Shown: one piece after another, positions 23,702 to 29,934 of the stretch
Layout: each line of letters begins with the position of its first letter
How positions within the stretch are numbered: the first letter of the stretch is position 1
Origin: a virus
Lineage: Duplodnaviria; Heunggongvirae; Uroviricota; Caudoviricetes
DNA length: 29,934 nucleotides
IMG/VR virus record: IMGVR_UViG_2802429225_000009
Span: 1-29,934 of that record
Strand: one strand, 5' to 3'
Made by a program: the position numbers and the translations under genes
Notes under the pieces: generated by a model
Databases searched by the model: none
What the model saw: the letters and a program-made list of their open reading frames with translations, nothing else
Told to the model about the DNA's origin: nothing

Positions 23702-24041
23702 TAAACCGCTTTACATTGATTTGCTCATCACCGGCCGCAATCTCACGCTGAACAGCGCCAGTGAGCCGGTGTTATGCAACAACAGGGAAAGTATTGCCCA
23801 GGACTGCCAGCACGCCATCATTGAGAGCGGACTGGCAACGCGCCTGCTGGCTGAAAAAAGCCCGACGCTTCGTGCCGACATCATGATGCAGATGACACTG
23901 CTGATTGAAGATGATGAGCGCATCACACCTGGCACGGTCAGTGTGACAGAAGAAACCCTGCTTTCTGGTCGCCTGCTGATTAGCGCCCACACCGAAGATT
24001 TTTTTGAACCCCTGACTTTTACGGTATCTCTTGATGATTAA
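23691..24041 (+). CDS. Putative small baseplate protein (gpW/gp25-like by position)
   Basis: 116 aa starting at ATG 23691, overlapping the tape-measure stop. Directly upstream of the J-like gene, as W precedes J in P2. No sequence-level confirmation. Confidence 0.4.
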   Translation: MHTDKPLYIDLLITGRNLTLNSASEPVLCNNRESIAQDCQHAIIESGLATRLLAEKSPTLRADIMMQMTLLIEDDERITPGTVSVTEETLLSGRLLISAHTEDFFEPLTFTVSLDD

Positions 24042-25218
24042 CGGCAAACCTACCGCAGATTACGAGCGCATTCTGGCTGATAATGGCATGCCGGTAACCG
24101 AAGAACAGGCACGTGCTGAATTTGAAGCCATTGTCAAAGACGAAGGGCTTATCACCAACACATCCCGCATGTCGCCGTTCTGGCGACTGATTACAGCTAT
24201 CACCACAAAACCCGTAATGTGGCTGAAAGATGCGCTGGTTAATGTGGTGATGAAAAACCTGTTTCTGGCTGATGCCAGCGGTGTATTCGTTGATGTTTTT
24301 GCCTGGGCGGTAAACCTGCAACGCAAGGCCGCCACGCACGCAGCCGGCGTGATTCGTTTCACCAAAAACGACATTGATCACGCAGTTACCGTGCCGGCCG
24401 GTACGCAGATTCAGACAGAACGCATTAACGGCGTGATTTATACGCTGACCGTTGTCAGGGATACCGTTATTCCGGCAGGAACACTCAGCATGAACATCGA
24501 TGTTTCTGCGGAACAGGCCGGAGCCGGCTTTAACCTTGCGCCGGGATATTACCGCATCCTTCCGGTGGCGATTGATGGTATTGCCGGTGTTGAGAACGAT
24601 GAAAACTGGCTGACCACACCGGGTGCCAACGAAGAAAGCGATGACGAGCTGCGTGATCGTGTTCGCAATCAGTTTAATCTTGCCGGCGCTTATCACACAG
24701 ATGCTGTTTACCGGGGATTAATTGCCGGCGTTGCCGGCATCAGTGCCGACCGCATCTATTTTCTGCATGACGCACCACGCGGCCCCGGCACAGCAAATGC
24801 TTACATTCTGCTGGATACTGGCATCGCATCCGAACCGTTCGTTGATGCAGTAAACGCATTCATTAACGATGAAGGTCATCACGGACACGGTGATGATCTG
24901 CGCTGTTTTTCCATGCCTGAAACACGCCACACCCTGACCGTGACACTCTGGTTATATGCAACACTGAACCTCAGCGATGAGGAAATTCAGACGTTATTGC
25001 GCAATGTGGAAAATCTGGTTCGCTGTGCATTTCGAGAAAACAGCGATTATGACGTTCAGAAAACATGGCCGTATAGCCGTTTCAGCATGTCCAGACTGGG
25101 CGAAGAGATCCACCAGGTATTTCCACAGGTGGAGTCGGTTACATTTTCTCTTCCGGATATTCTCAGTGATCTGGCTGTTCCTCGTCTGGAATCCCTTACT
25201 GTGGAGGTGAGCGCGTGA
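24034..25218 (+). CDS. Baseplate J-like protein
   Basis: Start re-set to ATG 24034 (the track begins on TTG at 24031). 394 aa, upstream of an I-like gene and the fibre gene, matching the J-I-H order. Confidence 0.7.
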   Translation: MINGKPTADYERILADNGMPVTEEQARAEFEAIVKDEGLITNTSRMSPFWRLITAITTKPVMWLKDALVNVVMKNLFLADASGVFVDVFAWAVNLQRKAATHAAGVIRFTKNDIDHAVTVPAGTQIQTERINGVIYTLTVVRDTVIPAGTLSMNIDVSAEQAGAGFNLAPGYYRILPVAIDGIAGVENDENWLTTPGANEESDDELRDRVRNQFNLAGAYHTDAVYRGLIAGVAGISADRIYFLHDAPRGPGTANAYILLDTGIASEPFVDAVNAFINDEGHHGHGDDLRCFSMPETRHTLTVTLWLYATLNLSDEEIQTLLRNVENLVRCAFRENSDYDVQKTWPYSRFSMSRLGEEIHQVFPQVESVTFSLPDILSDLAVPRLESLTVEVSA

Positions 25219-25850
25219 AACTTCCGGAGATCCCTGAACTCCCGCTCCCCACCTGGATGAATAAAGGCGAGCCGTTAACGCTGGCACATTCATCGCATCG
25301 CTACTGGGAAAAGGTATACAGCTGGCTGACGTGGCCACTACAGCAGATTGATGTCGACACCTGCGCAGAGCCTTTACTTAACCTGCTGGCTTATCAGCGC
25401 AATATCACCCGATTTAAAGGTGAGCCGGTTTCGTTATTTCGCTTAAGAGTGAAACACGCGTTTATTAACGCTCAGGACTCGGGCGAACGCGCCGGCTTCG
25501 AACGCATCTTTAAGCGTCTTGGCGTGGGAGACGTTAAAACACTGGAACGGCAACTGCAGCATGACTGGGACGTTATTTTACTGCGCATTAATGACACCCA
25601 GTTAAGTGAAAACAACGCGCTGATGATGCAGCTCGTGCGCCAGTATGGTCGTACCTGCAGGCGCTATTTCTTTCAGGTAATCAATACAACCACTGCCCGG
25701 CTGACAGCCGGCACATTTGATGGCCATTACAGGTATCACACAGCAGAAGCAACGGTGAGAAAGGACACCATCTGGTTAACCGCTTCGCTACAGGCAGGAC
25801 ATTACGGCCTGTCCGTGGAGCATTACACATTACAGGCAGACGAAGCATGA
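25215..25850 (+). CDS. Baseplate/tail protein I-like
   Basis: 211 aa. Apparent GTG start at 25215 with GGAGG 7 nt upstream, overlapping the J stop (GTGA). Alternative ATG at 25257. Confidence 0.65.
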   Translation: MKLPEIPELPLPTWMNKGEPLTLAHSSHRYWEKVYSWLTWPLQQIDVDTCAEPLLNLLAYQRNITRFKGEPVSLFRLRVKHAFINAQDSGERAGFERIFKRLGVGDVKTLERQLQHDWDVILLRINDTQLSENNALMMQLVRQYGRTCRRYFFQVINTTTARLTAGTFDGHYRYHTAEATVRKDTIWLTASLQAGHYGLSVEHYTLQADEA

Positions 25851-27547
25851 GCACGATTATTACTGAACAGTACGAACACTGGTGTGCGAATCAGCTCATC
25901 AGTGGAAAACCTGCGCGCCCGGATACATTTGTTTTTGCATATATTCCGGGACAGGATGAATCCGCAGAGATCCCCCGCGATGAGATACTCCCTGATGAAT
26001 CCATGATTCAGTATCGTGCGCCGGTCACCCAGTACGGCCTCCTGTCGCCGAACGCGACCGCGTTTTCCATCATTCTGGACACGACAGTCGGCGACTTCGA
26101 ATACAACTGGATCGGCCTGCTGAACGAAGAAAGCGGCGTGCTCTGCATGATTGCACACACACCTCGTCAGCAAAAAATTAAAACAGCGAACGGCGTACAG
26201 GGAAACAACCTGATCCGCACATTTTCCATGGAGTTTGACGGCGCAGCCGCAGCAATGCATATCGATGTCAGTGCTGATGTCTGGCAGATTGATTTCACTG
26301 CACGCCTTGCAGGAATGGATGAGGCCCGCCGGCTGCTGGCGTTTGATCACTACGGTGAAGCCGCTTTTCTGGGGGATGGTTTTCAGGTCAGCTATCAGGA
26401 TGGTACCGCTACTGTTGCCGCCGGCGTGGGTTATGTGGGAGGTCTGCGCGTCAGTCTGCGCGAACCTTACAGCCTGCCGGCTGCGGTCGGGGATACCATT
26501 TGGATTGATGCAAGCTGGCAGGGATTTGTTACCGGCGAATGGAATACCGTTTTTACGTTCTGCGCCCGCCAGGAACATGCGTCCTATACAGACGGTAACG
26601 GCTTCCGACACTTTGTCGCGCCACTTGCGAAACTGACATCAGAAGGCTTACAGGATTTACGTCCACAGACGCCCGATGAAGAACAAAGCAATGCACTGGC
26701 AGAGCACGAAAAATCCCGCCGTCATCCGGACGCAACACTGAAGGAGAAAGGCTTTGCGCAGTACAGCAACTCCACCGACAGCGACGCAGAAGACCGCGCC
26801 GCCACATCAAAGGCAGTAAAAGCCGCAATGGATAAGGCAAAAGGCGCTGTTGAGCGTGACGGCGACACCATGACCGGGGAACTGAAAATCCGTGGTGTTA
26901 ATGCGCTGAGGATTTTCAACGAAGCCTTTGGTCTGATTTTTCGTCGTTCGGAAGAGTGCCTGCACCTTATCCCTACCAGTGAAGGTCAGGGCGAGAATGG
27001 CGATATTGGTCCACTTCGACCGTTCACTATTAATCTGCGGACGGGTGAAATATCCATGTCGCATAAAGTGTCTGTTGGCGGCGGTTCTCAGGTCAATGGT
27101 GCGCTGGGTATCGGCGTTCAGAACGCACTGGGCGGAAACTCAATTGCTTTCGGGGATAACGATACCGGCCTGAAACAGAATGGTGATGGCCTGCTGGATG
27201 TTTATGCCAATAGCGTGCATGTGTTGCGTTTTCAGAGTGGCAGTATCCAGAGTAATAAAGCTGTAAACGTTACAGGACGGGTAACACCGTCAGACTACGG
27301 AAACTTTGATGCCCGTTACCAGACCAAAACAGGCGGCGTGCAGGATGTGCGTTATGGTTCCGAAATGTATTACAACCCGGGAGGTAACCAGATATCCTGG
27401 ACATTTCGCTCACCTTCAGGCCACGGGTTATCCGGTATTAATGTGCAGGAAACCGGAAGTAATTCGGCAGATAACATCGGCGGCGTGTATTACCGACCGC
27501 TTCAGAAACTGATTAACGGTACCTGGTATAACGTGGCGAGTGTTTAA
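25847..27547 (+). CDS. H: Tail fibre protein, P2 gpH-like N-terminal region
   Basis: 566 aa. The segment EHEKSRRHPDATLKEKGFAQYSNSTDSDAEDRAATSKAVKAAMDKA matches the remembered conserved gpH block (EHEQSRRHPDASLTAKGFTQLSSATNSTSETLAATPKAVKAAYD). Distal part is Gly/Asn/Ser-rich. Confidence 0.85.
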   Translation: MSTIITEQYEHWCANQLISGKPARPDTFVFAYIPGQDESAEIPRDEILPDESMIQYRAPVTQYGLLSPNATAFSIILDTTVGDFEYNWIGLLNEESGVLCMIAHTPRQQKIKTANGVQGNNLIRTFSMEFDGAAAAMHIDVSADVWQIDFTARLAGMDEARRLLAFDHYGEAAFLGDGFQVSYQDGTATVAAGVGYVGGLRVSLREPYSLPAAVGDTIWIDASWQGFVTGEWNTVFTFCARQEHASYTDGNGFRHFVAPLAKLTSEGLQDLRPQTPDEEQSNALAEHEKSRRHPDATLKEKGFAQYSNSTDSDAEDRAATSKAVKAAMDKAKGAVERDGDTMTGELKIRGVNALRIFNEAFGLIFRRSEECLHLIPTSEGQGENGDIGPLRPFTINLRTGEISMSHKVSVGGGSQVNGALGIGVQNALGGNSIAFGDNDTGLKQNGDGLLDVYANSVHVLRFQSGSIQSNKAVNVTGRVTPSDYGNFDARYQTKTGGVQDVRYGSEMYYNPGGNQISWTFRSPSGHGLSGINVQETGSNSADNIGGVYYRPLQKLINGTWYNVASV

Positions 27548-27549
27548 CA

Positions 27550-28101
27550 ATGTTGCATTTAAAAAATATTACTGCGGGTAATCCGAAAACCGCGGAACAA
27601 TATCAGCTGACAAAACAATATGGTGTCACCTGGCTTTTTTCGGAAGACGGCAAAAACTGGTATGAAGAACAGAAGAACTTTGCCAGTGACACCATAAAAA
27701 TGGTTTACACCGGAGACGGGCGCGTGGTGTGGGTCGGTAAGGATGTGACAGGCATTGAACCCCGTAACGCCAGTGTTATTGAAGTTCCGGATATTACCGC
27801 TAATCGCCGTATTACCGCGCCTGGTTACTGGTTTTACCGCGATGGCAATTTTATCTTCGACTACAAACTTAAAGCGGAAGATGAGCGTGATGCACTGTTA
27901 AAACAGGCCAGTATCATGACCAGCGAATGGGAAAAAGACCTGCTGCTGGGATTAATCAGCGACGAAGACAGGGAAAAACTGAAAGCCTGCCGTATTTATA
28001 CAAAAACGTTACGGGAGATGACATTCAGCCAGGTTACAGATAAAGCATCGTATGCCGCGATTGTATGGCCAGAATTACCGCAGAACATTAGCGAGAATTA
28101 A
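27550..28101 (+). CDS. Tail fibre assembly protein (gpG/Tfa-like)
   Basis: 183 aa, immediately after the fibre gene. N-terminal conserved start and C-terminal VWPELP-type motif typical of P2 G / lambda Tfa family. Confidence 0.75.
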   Translation: MLHLKNITAGNPKTAEQYQLTKQYGVTWLFSEDGKNWYEEQKNFASDTIKMVYTGDGRVVWVGKDVTGIEPRNASVIEVPDITANRRITAPGYWFYRDGNFIFDYKLKAEDERDALLKQASIMTSEWEKDLLLGLISDEDREKLKACRIYTKTLREMTFSQVTDKASYAAIVWPELPQNISEN

Positions 28102-28107
28102 GAAGTA

Positions 28108-29934
28108 ATGAGCGCATTGTTGACGAAAGCATTTGAAAAGTGGGTTGCTGAATGCACAGCCAGTAATTTACCTGCACGCCCTGATGCTATTATTTTTGCC
28201 CTGATGGAGCGGGAACCAACGCGCGAAGATAATACCGTTCCGGAAGAAAAAATCACATATGCTGTGAATGAACTGACTTACGGCCAGTTAAGCCCGAACA
28301 ATATTGTGTGTAGCGCGGTTGTTCCTGATGACTGTGCATTCAGTTATGACTGGATTTGCCTTATCCATCAGGCCAGCGGAACACTATGCGGCGTAATAAA
28401 GACGCCTGTTCAACAAAAAGTAACAGGCGAATCACTTATTCGTAATTTCACAATTATATACAGCGGCATTGCTCAGGCTGCGCAAATTACCGTTCCTCCA
28501 CAGAGCTGGCAGGTAGATCTTTTCCCTGAAATAAACAAAAAAGCGCCACTGGACAGCCCGGCGTTCACCGGCACACCAACCACACCAACTCCGCCAGACG
28601 ATGCGGTCGGGCTGGAGATGGCGAACGCAGCGTTTGTTCGCAAACTGCTCGCCGCACTGGTTGACTCATCACCGGAAGCCCTGGACACACTGAACGAACT
28701 GGCAGCGGCGCTGGGCAATGACCCGAACTTTTCGACGACGGTCATTAGCGCGCTGGCGGGTAAACAACCGCTGAACGATTTGCTGACGGCAATCAGTGAA
28801 CTGACGAAACGGGCAGATAATCTTCTGTACTTTAATCAGGACGGGAATGTTTCTCTCTCTCCGCTGTCAGAAAAAGCCCGCGCATTACTGGCACTGGACA
28901 CACCTGAAGCCATGCGCACGGAACTTGAACTGAAAGCGGCTGCAACGATGGAGTCCCAGAGCAATATCCGCGACCGCACACCAGGCAGGCTGGCGCTGCC
29001 GGGGGCATTTGGATACGGAATGACAGAGCACGAGGGGATGGTGCTCGGCATTACAAATCTTGATGAGCTTGCGTTGATATGCATGAACACAGAACCAGGT
29101 CGATATTACACATCATCAATGTCATCAGGTGATTTAACTGGTGTAGTCGAATTTATCTGGCTGGACAACTGGCAGAATGACAAAACCAGCCAGACAGCAA
29201 CAAAACTTATTCTGTTTTACGGAAGAGACGGACGTATTCTTTCCAGCGTTCGCGGCTCTGACTACGGAGCCCCTGTTGTATGGAGAGATCTTACCCCATT
29301 AACTGGCAACACAACTGTAAAAGACGCGCAATCGGATATCCGGGATCGTACACCTGGCAGGCTGGCGCTGTCCGGCATGTATGGATTCGGCCAAGCATTT
29401 ACCAGCACCGAAGCCCTGACATTTAACGGACAGGCCGATTTTGCTGAATGGCTGAAAGAGGCCACCCCGGGGCGTTATGCGGTCAGTATTGCGGACTCTT
29501 CCACACTACTGGCGGGCACCACGAAATTTAACGGCATCATTGATGTGATGTGGTCACCCTTTGATAACGACGAGTCGGACACAACGCGCAAATTCAAAAC
29601 GCTGCTGTGTTTTAACCAGTATTACGAAGGTGAGCACAGTATTCATCGCCTGACTTACCGCTGGAGTGGAAACAACTGGAATGCAACAGTAAGCCCCATT
29701 ATTTACGACGGCGATTCGCTGGCGTTCCTGCTGTCCAGGACAGCTGGCTCAGGCTCATATTTCAAATACCCGGCAGTGGGTGTTCCGGTGCTGGCTGTTT
29801 ATCGCGGAACAACTTCCGGGGATAAAGAAATCAAAATTGGCCTGGGTGATGTGGTGCAGGGGTCACAACTGGGCGGAGTTAATCTTTCGTGCACAATATC
29901 TTCTGCGGGGGCTGGCTCCTACGGTTCCACACCG
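28108..29934 (+). CDS. Second tail fibre protein (side-tail-fibre / Stf-like), 3' partial
   Basis: Open frame from ATG 28108 to the window end (609 codons, no stop), absent from the ORF track because it has no in-window stop. N-terminus (MSALLTKAFEKWVAECTASNLPARPD...) parallels the first fibre. The segment SPEALDTLNELAAALGNDPNFSTTVISALAGKQPLNDLLTAISEL matches the conserved block of lambda Stf / Mu S / P1 S-type fibres as I remember them. Confidence 0.7.
   Translation, partial: MSALLTKAFEKWVAECTASNLPARPDAIIFALMEREPTREDNTVPEEKITYAVNELTYGQLSPNNIVCSAVVPDDCAFSYDWICLIHQASGTLCGVIKTPVQQKVTGESLIRNFTIIYSGIAQAAQITVPPQSWQVDLFPEINKKAPLDSPAFTGTPTTPTPPDDAVGLEMANAAFVRKLLAALVDSSPEALDTLNELAAALGNDPNFSTTVISALAGKQPLNDLLTAISELTKRADNLLYFNQDGNVSLSPLSEKARALLALDTPEAMRTELELKAAATMESQSNIRDRTPGRLALPGAFGYGMTEHEGMVLGITNLDELALICMNTEPGRYYTSSMSSGDLTGVVEFIWLDNWQNDKTSQTATKLILFYGRDGRILSSVRGSDYGAPVVWRDLTPLTGNTTVKDAQSDIRDRTPGRLALSGMYGFGQAFTSTEALTFNGQADFAEWLKEATPGRYAVSIADSSTLLAGTTKFNGIIDVMWSPFDNDESDTTRKFKTLLCFNQYYEGEHSIHRLTYRWSGNNWNATVSPIIYDGDSLAFLLSRTAGSGSYFKYPAVGVPVLAVYRGTTSGDKEIKIGLGDVVQGSQLGGVNLSCTISSAGAGSYGSTP
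28964..29384 (+). repeat. Intragenic direct repeat in the second fibre gene
   Basis: About 50 bp at 28964-29015 and 29338-29389 share roughly 80% identity, including a perfect 15-mer GGCAGGCTGGCGCTG (28984-28998 and 29358-29372). They encode a repeated SxIRDRTPGRLAL(P/S)G..G(Y/F)G motif 374 bp apart. Confidence 0.6.

Noticed and set aside
24019-24696. 225-aa minus-strand ORF, and 25823-26611 (262 aa, minus)
   Set aside because: Antisense to the J-like and fibre genes. No RBS, no motifs, and they would interrupt an otherwise coupled operon.
27550-29934. Invertible host-range segment (Mu G / P1 C-type) around the tail-fibre genes
   Set aside because: All fibre and assembly genes are on the same strand, the detected repeats are direct and not inverted, and no invertase gene is in the window. 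It cannot be excluded beyond the right edge.

Overview
The window is most of a P2-family (Peduoviridae-like) temperate phage, probably an integrated prophage in an enterobacterial host; the left att site lies just outside position 1 and the right end is cut inside a tail-fibre gene. Reading left to right: (1) a P2-type lysogeny switch, with int and the C repressor on the minus strand and cox divergent; (2) an early operon of small genes leading to the rolling-circle replication initiator A, interrupted by morons: an AT-rich 138-aa gene, a translationally coupled four-gene operon ending in an SPFH/Band-7 lipoprotein, and a ~330-bp GC-rich, highly structured non-coding region; (3) an accessory island between A and the portal gene, carrying a parM/parR actin-type partition pair preceded by twin palindromic sites, an AT-rich two-gene cassette ending in a truncated IscR/Rrf2-like regulator, and an Ogr/Delta-like zinc-finger activator; (4) a P2-like head module (Q, P leftward; O, N, M, L rightward) around a centred nested palindrome; (5) a contractile-tail module whose gene order is not P2-like, with a lysis cassette embedded between the putative tube and chaperone genes, a -1 frameshift site in the chaperone, and two tail-fibre genes. 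No rRNA, tRNA or CRISPR array was found. The best candidates for undescribed biology are the IscR-like cassette, the parMR locus, the SPFH operon and the structured non-coding region. All protein calls rest on reading the translations against remembered family signatures; no database search was run. The ORF track uses GTG/TTG as well as ATG starts, so several starts were re-set to the nearest ATG with a Shine-Dalgarno sequence.
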